Part shown: positions 30,835 through 39,914 of the stretch, piece by piece
How the letters are laid out: each line of letters opens with the position of its first letter
How positions within the stretch are numbered: position 1 is the stretch's first letter
Source: Verrucomicrobiota bacterium
Lineage (GTDB): Bacteria > Verrucomicrobiota > Verrucomicrobiia > Limisphaerales > Palsa-1400
NCBI GenBank assembly: GCA_049510745.1
Contig: JBEKYR010000034.1
Location: 1-56,953, forward strand
Length of the DNA stretch: 56,953 nt
Direction: 5' to 3'
Position numbers and translations under genes: made by a program
Notes under the pieces: generated by a model
Seen by the model: the letters and a program-made list of their open reading frames with translations, nothing else
Databases searched by the model: none
Told to the model about the DNA's origin: nothing

Positions 30835-31075
30835 GCGGGTTGTTTTGTATCCTGAACTGCGCCTCGCGCGAGTTAAAAATGAATCTGGGTTTATATCGCC
30901 GATTTCGCGTTGCGGAAGGAAATTGTGCCGCTGTTGTTCTCCCGGCGGCTGGACGTTCGCAAACTTGTGACGCGCGCACTGCCGTTGGAACAGGACGGCG
31001 GCGGCGGTGGCGCTGGCGAGCGGGCCGAGGGTGGGGGAGTCGTTGGAAGTGGTTGTGGATCAAACTGTTAGGATT

Positions 31076-31185
31076 TGAAAGGCACCCACGGATTTCGCGG
31101 ATGGCACGGATAAGAAGAAGCGGCGGGTTCCGCATCCGTGAAATCCGTGAAATCCGTGGTAAAAATCTTTCCGAAAAGGAATGAC
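31076..31185. repeat. Hairpin element with 9-mer tandem arms, copy 2 (inverted)
   Basis: CCACGGAT TTCGCGGAT GGCACGGAT, spacer, ATCCGTGAA ATCCGTGAA ATCCGTGGTAA. Its reverse complement aligns with 24331-24441, including spacer and flanks. Confidence 0.85.
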
Positions 31186-31275
31186 TCAACCTGCTGTTAA
31201 AAAAACACATAAGTGCTTGTCTATGTGTTGTTTGTGATCTTTGCGGATAATGGCATGATTGGCACTGAATAAGCT

Positions 31276-31408
31276 GTATAAAAAAGGTTGAAAAAAAATG
31301 AAAAAGGTCGTTGACATTTGGCTGCAAGTGGCTAAAAATGACCTCGACGATGCGGTATAAAAAACGTTCAAAGAAAAATGCAAAAATCGGTTGACACACC
31401 TTTTGCAA
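31276..31408 (+). promoter_or_regulatory. Tandemly duplicated AT-rich promoter unit with A-tracts and TTGACA
   Basis: GTATAAAAAA...AAAAATG.AAAA...GTTGACA occurs at 31276-31316 and 31355-31396. The -10 boxes are not clear consensus. Confidence 0.6.
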
Positions 31409-31449
31409 TTTGAGAAAGTCGCATCGCACACGGAAACAAAAGTAAAATT

Positions 31450-32157
31450 ATGAGAACAAAAACAATGCTCCTATCGGCACTGCTGGGAACCCTCGGCAGT
31501 GTTTCGTTGCTGGCTCAGTCCACCAACGTATATTCCCTCAACGCAGTCGGTTACATCAACGTGACCGTCACTCCGGGCTTCAACATGATTGCCTGCCCGC
31601 TGGTCTGCTCGCCGGATAACACCCTCAACACCTTGATGAACAACGCTGGCAACACTTATAAAAAGGTGACGATTTACCAGTGGCTTTCAAGTGGCAGCTA
31701 TACGAACGACTCCGGCAGTGTGGCTTTGTCGACGTATACAAACGGATGGGTGAATGGGGGATTTATCGCACTGAACCCCGGCACCGCGGCTTGGTTTTTC
31801 AATCCCAACGCGACTAACATGACGCTGACATTTGTGGGCACTGTGCCGCAAGGCTCTCTCACCAATACTCTAACTCCCGGGTTCAATATGGCGAGTTCGA
31901 TTGTGCCGACCTCCGGCGATCTTGTTACTAACGGCATTACTCTGCTGACTAGTCAGGCAAAACACGACACGATCTATACTTGGGACAACATCAATCATGC
32001 GTACGATGGCTTTAGCTGGACACCGGCCAACGGATGGATAAGCACGATTGCCGGGCTGACTGATCCGATCGTCACGAACGTAGGGGAAGGTTTCTGGTAT
32101 TTAGTTGCCGGTGCCACGTCGGAAAACTGGGTTGAAAACTTCTCTGTAAATCCATAG
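31450..32157 (+). CDS. Secreted hypothetical protein with two-fold internal repeat
   Basis: Signal peptide, NVYSLNAVGY motif, TPGFNM twice, and PG.A.W/VGEGFW ends. Confidence 0.85.
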   Translation: MRTKTMLLSALLGTLGSVSLLAQSTNVYSLNAVGYINVTVTPGFNMIACPLVCSPDNTLNTLMNNAGNTYKKVTIYQWLSSGSYTNDSGSVALSTYTNGWVNGGFIALNPGTAAWFFNPNATNMTLTFVGTVPQGSLTNTLTPGFNMASSIVPTSGDLVTNGITLLTSQAKHDTIYTWDNINHAYDGFSWTPANGWISTIAGLTDPIVTNVGEGFWYLVAGATSENWVENFSVNP

Positions 32158-32220
32158 TCCATTAGAGATCAGAACAATTAGAACAAAATCATCAATAAGA
32201 ACATTCCTAACTGACACGAT

Positions 32221-32961
32221 ATGAAAAAGACATTAACCATCATAACACTACTCGCTGGAGCGGTGGGTGTGTATTCTCAAGGCACCATCAACTTCCAAGA
32301 CTATACAGCCAGCTTCTGCATTACCATTTGGTCTCCGCAGACGGACAACCCTGGTTTTCAGCAAACAGGGCAGGGAGCCAATGATATTCCTGCGGGTGCC
32401 ACGGTTTACAGTGGGGTGCCGATCGGTGGCGCTGCGACTGGAACGGCTCCGTATTTCTACGCGGATGGCAATGACTACACGGTCGCCTTATGGGCTGCGG
32501 CAGGTCTTAACGTGGCATTAGCCCCTGCTAACCAGTTGGCTACCGCGACTATGTCAAACCACGGTGGAACCGGGGTTGCTAACATAGTTGATAATGCGTC
32601 GGGCCTAGGTAGTGCTGGGTCATGGGCGGGTTCGCAAACTGTGACCGTCCCCGGTTCTATAGGCGGTTCAACTGGAACTGCTAGCGTTCAACTGGCGGCC
32701 TGGTTCAATGCCGGTGGAACGATTACCAGCTACGCGGCTGCTCTCGCTGCTGGCGATCCTAATGGGCTGTCTCCTTCGGCAAATCTGACTGGCTTGGGCG
32801 GAGCGCCTAACTCCACGACAATTCCAGCCACGCCCGTCGATCTCCCTTCAGGGCCTGTTGGATTACAGAGCTTCAGCTTGACGACGGTTCCTGAACCGAG
32901 CACGATTGCCCTTGGCGTGATTGGAGCCTCAGCGTTCCTGATGCGCCTTCGTCGCAAATAA
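32221..32961 (+). CDS. PEP-CTERM sorting domain protein
   Basis: Signal peptide; C-terminal VPEPSTIALGVIGASAFLMRLRRK. Confidence 0.95.
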   Translation: MKKTLTIITLLAGAVGVYSQGTINFQDYTASFCITIWSPQTDNPGFQQTGQGANDIPAGATVYSGVPIGGAATGTAPYFYADGNDYTVALWAAAGLNVALAPANQLATATMSNHGGTGVANIVDNASGLGSAGSWAGSQTVTVPGSIGGSTGTASVQLAAWFNAGGTITSYAAALAAGDPNGLSPSANLTGLGGAPNSTTIPATPVDLPSGPVGLQSFSLTTVPEPSTIALGVIGASAFLMRLRRK

Positions 32962-32980
32962 GCAGCTTCTTTAATCTCAC

Positions 32981-33011
32981 AGAGCCGCCCCTTCGGGCGG
33001 CTCTTTTTTTT
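32981..33011 (+). terminator. Rho-independent terminator
   Basis: AGAGCCGCCC-CTTC-GGGCGGCTCT followed by a T-run, after the PEP-CTERM gene. Confidence 0.9.
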
Positions 33012-33157
33012 GCTCGAATCAAGCGGCTGCCCGGAGGCGTAATCACCGTTGACGCTGCTGCCGTAACCGAGGGTGAATTGGCCGCTGAACAACTGATGCA
33101 TTCCTCACGGCGGAACTCTGGGATTTTGCTGGTGTTCTTTCCGGTTATGGTTATACT

Positions 33158-34057
33158 ATGAGCATGGATTTCAAAGTTTCACAAGCTTCGGCGCTGGCGG
33201 TCGTGGCGGCAGCCGTCTTTGGGGCCGCCTCGGCCATCGCCGATACCGCTGGCGGAGAGGCCAATCCCTACGCGGTGATCAGCGACCGGAACGTCTTTCA
33301 TCTCAATCCGCCTCCACCTCCGCCCGCGCCCCCGGAGAAACCGATCGAAGTGCCCAAAGTGATGCTCAGCGGGTTCCAAAAAGTGGGCGGCACCACCCGC
33401 GTGTTTCTGGCCATGCCGCCCAAAGACCAGAAGGACGTGACCAAATACTTCAATCTTGCGCCGGGCGAGCGGGAAGACCCCTTGGAAGTGGTCAAGGTGA
33501 ATTCCGAGAAAGGGGAGGTGGACATTATCAACTCCGGCACGCCCATGACGCTGTCGTTGGCCAGCAATAGTTTCGTCGCCACGGCTGCGCCGAGCCATCC
33601 GGCGGGCGGCGCGCCTCCGATGCCCGGGATGCCCGGGATGCCGGGAGGCCGGCGGGTGCCCGCCTTGCCTCAAGGCATGCCCCAGGCAGCGGCTCCGTCA
33701 GCTCCGTCAGCTCCGTCGGCGTCCAGCGGGAATTCGGCCATTATCGTGGGCGGCGGGAATTCTGGCGGTCAATCGGGGTCGAGCTTTGGTTCTTCTTCCT
33801 TTGGTTCTTCGTCTTATGGCAGCCCGATCGTGACGGGCGGCGGCCCGGCTTACGTGCCGGCGAACCCGCCTGCCAACGAAGGGGGCGCTCAGATTGCCAA
33901 CACGCTCATGAGTCCAGCCACTCAGTATAAAATGCCGCCTACTCCCCCTCCGGCGCCGCCGGAAGTCCAGGCTGCGGGGATGCTCGTGCATAAAGCAGCC
34001 TATGGCGAGATGAGTCCGCCCCTGCCGCCAGGACTTGAAAACGCGGGCGGCCCGTAG
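33158..34057 (+). CDS. Exported Pro/Gly/Ser-rich protein with a GspC/PilP-like small beta domain
   Basis: Signal or TM segment, RNVF.L.PPPP, LSG....G...V...L..GE....EV..V....G.V.I; low-complexity C-terminal half. Confidence 0.6.
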   Translation: MSMDFKVSQASALAVVAAAVFGAASAIADTAGGEANPYAVISDRNVFHLNPPPPPPAPPEKPIEVPKVMLSGFQKVGGTTRVFLAMPPKDQKDVTKYFNLAPGEREDPLEVVKVNSEKGEVDIINSGTPMTLSLASNSFVATAAPSHPAGGAPPMPGMPGMPGGRRVPALPQGMPQAAAPSAPSAPSASSGNSAIIVGGGNSGGQSGSSFGSSSFGSSSYGSPIVTGGGPAYVPANPPANEGGAQIANTLMSPATQYKMPPTPPPAPPEVQAAGMLVHKAAYGEMSPPLPPGLENAGGP

Positions 34058-34156
34058 TAACCAAGTCAACTCCTCAGAAACTCCGCTCCCGCGCAATCGG
34101 CGAAACGCAGCCGGTGGCGGGTCAATGGGACGTTAAGATTAGGAATTGGGCCATGT

Positions 34157-35662
34157 TCAAGCATATCCCAATGCACGACAGTACGGCTCCAGGATGGGCA
34201 GGACCGCGGCCAGGTGTTTCTCGTAGGCATGCCAGCGGGCCACAGACCGTGCATAGACCGGCTGGCTGGCGTCGTGATATGTGGGCGAATACATCTGCTT
34301 TTTGCTGCTTTTCTCGTGGAACTGCGCCTGCGCTTGGTGCCAGCCCAAGCCAAGAAACTCGGTGACACGGCGGCCTTCCTTTTCCAGGTCCGCGACAATG
34401 TCTTCGTAGCGCGTCTCGATCCACGCCAAACCTTCCCATTGCCGCACGGCCAGCCAGACATCCATCAGGTTGGCGTAATGTCGGGCGGCGCGTTCCAGCG
34501 TGAGGAAGTTCGCGTTGAATGGATTGAGTGGGATGTTCTGAAAATAGCAACTGATCACGACGTCACGAGGATCGCGCAAGGCAATGATGACGCGCAGTTC
34601 GGGAAACACCCGCAGCCAGACGCGAAGTTTGGCGGTGGGGGACGGGTTCTTGTCCAAAATCAGTTTTCCTTCCGCCGCGCCTCCAAGCTCCCTGTGAATT
34701 GCTTCAATATAGCGGCGTCGAATGACGTTCAGCCGGGCGGGCGGGAGTTGGGGCGAGGCATGGAACAATGGCGCGACGATCATTGTAAACGCGCTCGGTT
34801 CATCCAGCGCCGCAACGTCAGGATGCGCGCCAAGAATCTGTTCCAAAAGCGTCGTCCCGCTGCGGGGATGGCCGCCGAGAAAGGCCAGTTTGGGAATGGC
34901 TTCGCGTTGCCGTTCGGGAAACTCCCTCGACCAGGCGCGAAGAATGTTGGCGGGCAGAGCCTGCGTTGAGCGGCGGTACATTTCCGCCATCTGGTTGTAC
35001 TCCTTCAACATGGCATCGGTATCCCCCAAGGCCCGCACCAGTTTCTTGGCTTCGGCCAGCGTCTGCATCGCTTCGTCGAAACGGTCCGTGCGGTTGAGCA
35101 CCTCGGCCAGCTCATAGCGGGCGGCATATTGGACGTACTGATGTATTGGGCCGGAAGCAATCAAGTCGCGCAACCGGCGCTCGGCATCCTCGATCTTGTT
35201 TTCGCGCCGGTCGAGGACGGCGGCAAAATAGCGCGCCTGATCGTCGCGAGGATCGATTTTCAGACAGGATTCGATCGCTTCGCGGGCCTCGGCAAAACGA
35301 TGATTTTGCTCCAGCAAGAGGGCCAGAGCCATGCGGGGGTTGATGCCGCGCGGGTCCGCCGCGGCCGCTTGCTCGAAGGAGGCGCGCGCCTTGTCCGGCT
35401 GGCGCAGATTCTGGTATTGATGGCCGATCTGGAGCATCAATGCGGCATTTTGGGGTTCCAGTTCGAGCGCCTTGCGCCAGGCGCGATCCGCCAGGTCGAG
35501 TTGGCCCGCGCCTCCGGCGGCGCATCCGTACTCGAACCAGAGCTCCGGCTTGTGCGGATATTGCCGGCTCAACTTTTCATAAGCCGCCACGGCCTGGGAA
35601 AAGTTGTAAGCAGCCAAAAACCCGCGAGCCTCGTTGAGCCTTTTGTCGGATATGTTCACCAC
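34157..35662 (-). CDS. TPR-containing sulfotransferase
   Basis: N-terminal TPRs; 5'-PSB GHPRSGTTLL, DKNP, 3'-PB RDPRDVVISCY, RYEDIV. Start uncertain (GTG 35662/35659). Confidence 0.88.
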   Translation of the reverse strand: MVNISDKRLNEARGFLAAYNFSQAVAAYEKLSRQYPHKPELWFEYGCAAGGAGQLDLADRAWRKALELEPQNAALMLQIGHQYQNLRQPDKARASFEQAAAADPRGINPRMALALLLEQNHRFAEAREAIESCLKIDPRDDQARYFAAVLDRRENKIEDAERRLRDLIASGPIHQYVQYAARYELAEVLNRTDRFDEAMQTLAEAKKLVRALGDTDAMLKEYNQMAEMYRRSTQALPANILRAWSREFPERQREAIPKLAFLGGHPRSGTTLLEQILGAHPDVAALDEPSAFTMIVAPLFHASPQLPPARLNVIRRRYIEAIHRELGGAAEGKLILDKNPSPTAKLRVWLRVFPELRVIIALRDPRDVVISCYFQNIPLNPFNANFLTLERAARHYANLMDVWLAVRQWEGLAWIETRYEDIVADLEKEGRRVTEFLGLGWHQAQAQFHEKSSKKQMYSPTYHDASQPVYARSVARWHAYEKHLAAVLPILEPYCRALGYA

Positions 35663-35737
35663 GGATACATCTAAATGGACACGAATTCTCGAAGAAACGC
35701 AATCTCGCATTCGATCCGGGAAACAGGCTGGAGTATT

Positions 35738-35807
35738 TGCCCGCAGAACACGCAGAAAGACGCAGAAAGGAAACTTCTTCTTCTCCATTCTGCGTGTTCT
35801 GCGGGCA
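35738..35807. repeat. Perfect 20-bp inverted repeat built from CGCAGAA units
   Basis: TGCCCGCAGAACACGCAGAA (35738-35757)/TTCTGCGTGTTCTGCGGGCA (35788-35807), with a third unit in the loop. Confidence 0.85.
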
Positions 35808-35849
35808 TAAATGTCTTTGTCGTTCATTTTGAACACGGTTTTCCGCGCA

Positions 35850-35878
35850 TTGACAGTTTCCCCCGATGCCGATATTGT
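35850..35878 (+). promoter_or_regulatory. Sigma70 promoter of the tRNA
   Basis: TTGACA-17 nt-TATTGT, ending 14 nt upstream of the tRNA. Confidence 0.7.
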
Positions 35879-35892
35879 TCCCGTGTCAGAAT

Positions 35893-35967
35893 GGCGCGTT
35901 CGTCTATCAGTTAGGACACGGCCCTCTCAAGGCTGAAAGACGGGTGCGATTCCCGTACGCGCTACCA
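35893..35967 (+). tRNA. tRNA-Glu(CUC)
   Basis: Cloverleaf with GGCGCGT/ACGCGCT acceptor, anticodon stem CGGCC/GGCTG and loop CT-CTC-AA, encoded CCA; T-loop reads TGCGATT. Confidence 0.93.
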
Positions 35968-35985
35968 TTCTTTAGACTTTGACGA

Positions 35986-37653
35986 TTGAACTTTGAACGT
36001 ATCTGGCTTTATTTGATTCTGGCAATGGCGTGCCTGCCCAAGGCAGCGCCCGGCGCCACGAACACGATCCGGATTGTAGCCCAATACCATTGCGCCGGCG
36101 GCGAACAGTTGACGGGCCATACGAACCTCGTGACTCTCAACCGAATTCGGGCTTTGCCATCGACGGCTGCATTTCGGAAATTGGCCATCGACAAAGTTTC
36201 CGCGCTGCTGGCCGGCGGTTTGGGGTTTGAGACGAATGCCTTCGTGAGGGCCTTGATCAGCCCTTTGTTAACCGATCTCCTGCAAACGGAATCCTTTGGA
36301 GCCTTTGGCGGTTTTTCGGGCAACGTGCTGGGTTTTGTCCTGGCACTGCAATTGGACACAAATCGAGCGCAGTTGTGGCAGGACAATTTTTCCAAGGCGC
36401 TGGGCAGCGCCGGTGAGAGATTTACGACGGAAGGATTCAGCGGATGGCGCTGGAACAGAGGGGGGAGCGCTTCCGTCGGCTTGCCCGACAACAAGTCCGC
36501 CATAGCTTTAGCGACGGCGGAAGCCTTGGCGACGGCGGGCGTCTCGCCGACGAACTCCGATTCCTTTTGGATTGTGCCCGCCCGCGATTGGTTGCTCGTT
36601 GGGCGGGGCGATGATCTCTTGCCGTTGCGAATTGACTATCTTCAACAGGTGAGCCGGCGAGGCCGCCCCGGTCCATCCCTAAAGGAAAATCTGTTGGAGG
36701 CTGACATTGATTGGCTTGGATTAACCCGTTGGCTGCCGGAGTGGTCGCGCCTTTTGAAGCCGGCCCGCATCAAGGTCAGTGTGGCGGCCATTGACGATGT
36801 CATGCAATTGACGGCCCGGGTGGTCTATCCCCAGCCTATCCCGTGGGAATCCGCGCCGTGGCAAATACCGACGGAGCTTGTCCGCAACCCGCTGGTCAGT
36901 TTTACAGCCGCGCAAGACGTGGCGGCGTTTCTAAACATGGATCCAGCGTTCTCCCAGCTTGATTGCAATCCGTTAACCAACCAGTTCTACGCTTGGGCGC
37001 TGGGTCAGATGCCCTTTCAGACTTATATGGCATGGCCCGTGGCCAATGGCACAAACGCGTTGGACAAGTTGGCAATTGAGGCGCCAGCGGCCTTTAATCC
37101 TGCGCTGAAGAGATTCAACGGCACGGAGCTAATCTGGCATCCAAATCAGAAGAAACTTATATGGTCGAGCATGCCCCTGGTGGCGCCTGCTCTGGAAGTT
37201 GCGCAAGACAACGGCCGGCAATTCCTGTTTATGAGTCTCTTTCCCCGGTCACCCATGAGCAAGCCAGTTCCAGACGACCTGTTGGCCCAAGTCAGGGGGC
37301 ACGCCGATCTGGTCTATTATGATTGGGAGTTGACGGGTCCGCGTTTGCAGGAATGGCGGTTGCTCAGCCAAATGATGGCGAATCGATCGAGTGGGGAAAG
37401 CGATGAGATGTTTGATGCCAACACCGTCACCGAGAGCTGGCTGGGCGGTTTCGGTTCCTTGGATATCAACACCGTTACCGAAATAAACCGTGTCGCGTCG
37501 AACGAGTTGTCGTTGGTTCGCACATCGCCGGTCGGCTTTACGGGGCTGGAGATGGTTTTGTTCTCTGATTGGCTGAGCAACGCCGGCGCCGGGCCTGCCA
37601 ACCGTCAACCGCTTCCGCCTCGAAAGACCGCCTCGCCTCCGACCTTGCCGTGA
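35986..37653 (+). CDS. Exported hypothetical protein carrying an in-frame palindromic repeat insert
   Basis: 555-aa ORF with a signal-like N-terminus; no recognised domain. Confidence 0.7.
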   Translation: MNFERIWLYLILAMACLPKAAPGATNTIRIVAQYHCAGGEQLTGHTNLVTLNRIRALPSTAAFRKLAIDKVSALLAGGLGFETNAFVRALISPLLTDLLQTESFGAFGGFSGNVLGFVLALQLDTNRAQLWQDNFSKALGSAGERFTTEGFSGWRWNRGGSASVGLPDNKSAIALATAEALATAGVSPTNSDSFWIVPARDWLLVGRGDDLLPLRIDYLQQVSRRGRPGPSLKENLLEADIDWLGLTRWLPEWSRLLKPARIKVSVAAIDDVMQLTARVVYPQPIPWESAPWQIPTELVRNPLVSFTAAQDVAAFLNMDPAFSQLDCNPLTNQFYAWALGQMPFQTYMAWPVANGTNALDKLAIEAPAAFNPALKRFNGTELIWHPNQKKLIWSSMPLVAPALEVAQDNGRQFLFMSLFPRSPMSKPVPDDLLAQVRGHADLVYYDWELTGPRLQEWRLLSQMMANRSSGESDEMFDANTVTESWLGGFGSLDINTVTEINRVASNELSLVRTSPVGFTGLEMVLFSDWLSNAGAGPANRQPLPPRKTASPPTLP

Positions 37654-37721
37654 GTGACACCGAAATGCTTTTTCAATTTTTACATGAGGCGTGAGCATGG
37701 AGAACCGGCAAACTCTTCTAA

Positions 37722-39848
37722 ATGTTTGCGAAACTTGACATAATGGATCGAAAGTCTTCTTGCAAGACATCTTTGGTTTGCCTTGTGTTAACAGTGGGCA
37801 CGCTTTTGCTCTACGCGCCGGTCATCAGGTTTGATTTTGTCAATTATGACGATTGGGCATATATTCTGGATAATCCAAATATCACTGGCGGTTTTAGTTG
37901 GCGCGGCCTGGCTTGGTGTTTTCAAGCCGGCTATGCAGGCAATTGGCATCCTCTCGCGTGGATGTCGCACATGCTGGATTGCCAGTTGTATGGACTTCAT
38001 GCCGGTGGACACCATGTCACGAACGTTTTATTTCACACACTTAATTCGGTGCTGTTGTTTCTTGTCTTGCGCCGCATGACGGGGACGCTTTGGCGCGCCG
38101 CCATGGTGGCGGCCTTGTTCGCCTGGCACCCGCTGCATGTGGAATCGGTCGCGTGGGTTTCGGAGCGCAAGGATGTCTTGAGCACGTTCTTCTTCATGCT
38201 CACGCTTTGGGCATATGCGCGCTATGCGGAGAATCTCAAGTCTCAGATTTCAAATTCCAAGTTTCATTACATTATGGCGCTGGTTTTCTTCGCGCTGGGA
38301 TTGATGGCAAAATCGATGCTCGTGACACTGCCCTTTGTCCTGTTGCTGTTGGACTGGTGGCCGTTGCAACGGGTTTTAACCCAAGGCGCAGCCGATCAGG
38401 AAAATCGCGGTGAGAATTCTTCGGCAAAGCCCATGACCTCTTTGATTGTCGAAAAAATTCCGTTTTTTGTTCTATCCGGAGTTTCCAGCGTGTTAACTAT
38501 GGTCGCGCAAGGACGTATCGGCGCCATTGCGACGATGGAACAGGTGCCTTTCACGGTGCGCCTGCTGAACGCGTTGCTGGCATATTTTCGTTACGCCAAA
38601 AAAACACTTTGGCCGAACAAATTGGCCATAGTCTATGTTTTTGATCGGCAATGGCCGGTATGGGTGCTCCTGATTTCCTTTATGTTCGTGATCATGCTCA
38701 TTGTCATGGGTGTGCGCCTTCGGAAAACGCGGCCATACTGGCTCGTAGGCGGACTGTGGTACTTGGGGACCCTGGTGCCGGTGATTGGCCTGGTGAAGAT
38801 GGGAGATCAGGCCATGGCCGATCGTTACACTTATATTCCGGCGATCGGCCTATTCGTTATTATATGTTGGGAAGTTTGTGATATGTCTCGGGACTGGCGA
38901 AAACCGGAGTTAAGCCTTGGAATCCTTGGGGTCGGGGCTTTGGCAGCGTGTTGTATTCTCACCGCCAGACAGCTTCAGTACTGGAGAAACAGCGGAGAGC
39001 TTTTTGCGCACGCCATTGCTGTAACGCGCAACAACCACATCGCGCATGCCAGCTACGCTTCCTGGCTGCGAAACGAGAACCGCCTGGCCGAGGCGCGCGC
39101 GGAATGTGAAAAGGCGCTTCAGATCTCGCCAAACTATGGATATGGCCAATTCGTTTTGGCGAACGTCTTATTCACTCAAGGCGACTTCGCAGAGGCTGAA
39201 CCGCATCTGCGCAAAGCCCTCGGAGTGCCTGGCTATCAACAGGAGACGCGCGTGGGTCTTGGCCGGGTCTTGCTTGCGCAAAATCGACCGGCCGAAGCCG
39301 CCGCGGAATTCGCCATTGCGCTGAAGCAGAATCCGGCAAATGCCATAGCGCATTGTTGGATGGGGGCGGCGCTGGCTGCGCAAGACCAATTGCAGGAGGC
39401 GCTGGTTCACCTCTTAACGGCGCTCCGTCTGATCCCGTCGTATGCCGATGGCCATTGTCAACTTGCCATCGTCCTGCAAAAGCAGCGGCATACCGCCGAG
39501 GCCATTTCGCAATACCGCGCCGCCCTAAGCATCAGAGCCGAGTCTCCGGATGCCTTGAATAATCTCGCCTGGATTCTGGCGACGGACGCGCAGCCGGAAT
39601 ATCGCAATGGAACCGAGGCGGTGCGGTTGGCGGCGCGGGCTTGCCTTTTAACCCATGACAAAGACCCTGCCATGATCGGCACGCTGGCGGCCGCCTGCGC
39701 CGAGGCGGGGAGATTTGATGAGGCCATCGCCACCGCGGAAAAGGCGCACGATGTCGCGCTGGCCCTTGGCCGGAAGGATGTCGCCGCCCGGAACCTCGAA
39801 TTGCAGGAACTTTACCGTTCGCATCGGCCTTATCACGAGGCGCCCTGA
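37722..39848 (+). CDS. TMTC-like GT-C membrane protein with C-terminal TPRs (paralog 1)
   Basis: FVNYDD, NWHPL, HP..VESVAWVSERKDVL, ADRYTY, multiple TMs, TPR array. Start may be ATG 37743. Confidence 0.85.
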   Translation: MFAKLDIMDRKSSCKTSLVCLVLTVGTLLLYAPVIRFDFVNYDDWAYILDNPNITGGFSWRGLAWCFQAGYAGNWHPLAWMSHMLDCQLYGLHAGGHHVTNVLFHTLNSVLLFLVLRRMTGTLWRAAMVAALFAWHPLHVESVAWVSERKDVLSTFFFMLTLWAYARYAENLKSQISNSKFHYIMALVFFALGLMAKSMLVTLPFVLLLLDWWPLQRVLTQGAADQENRGENSSAKPMTSLIVEKIPFFVLSGVSSVLTMVAQGRIGAIATMEQVPFTVRLLNALLAYFRYAKKTLWPNKLAIVYVFDRQWPVWVLLISFMFVIMLIVMGVRLRKTRPYWLVGGLWYLGTLVPVIGLVKMGDQAMADRYTYIPAIGLFVIICWEVCDMSRDWRKPELSLGILGVGALAACCILTARQLQYWRNSGELFAHAIAVTRNNHIAHASYASWLRNENRLAEARAECEKALQISPNYGYGQFVLANVLFTQGDFAEAEPHLRKALGVPGYQQETRVGLGRVLLAQNRPAEAAAEFAIALKQNPANAIAHCWMGAALAAQDQLQEALVHLLTALRLIPSYADGHCQLAIVLQKQRHTAEAISQYRAALSIRAESPDALNNLAWILATDAQPEYRNGTEAVRLAARACLLTHDKDPAMIGTLAAACAEAGRFDEAIATAEKAHDVALALGRKDVAARNLELQELYRSHRPYHEAP

Positions 39849-39914
39849 TTCGCGGAAGAGTCAGCGCCATTTCTTTCTTTTAATCTCCTGCAAAACACAG
39901 CAAACTCATTCGGC

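Noticed and set aside
33600..33830. Short tandem repeats (ATGCCCGGG, GCTCCGTCA, TTTGGTTCTTC) in the Pro-rich gene
   Set aside because: In-frame codon repeats encoding low-complexity linkers; ordinary.
35663..35836. N-terminal extension of the sulfotransferase
   Set aside because: It runs through the inverted-repeat element and the tRNA upstream region, so it is likely non-coding.
35893..37653. tRNA as integration site of a genomic island
   Set aside because: No integrase, and no duplicated tRNA 3' end was seen in the window.
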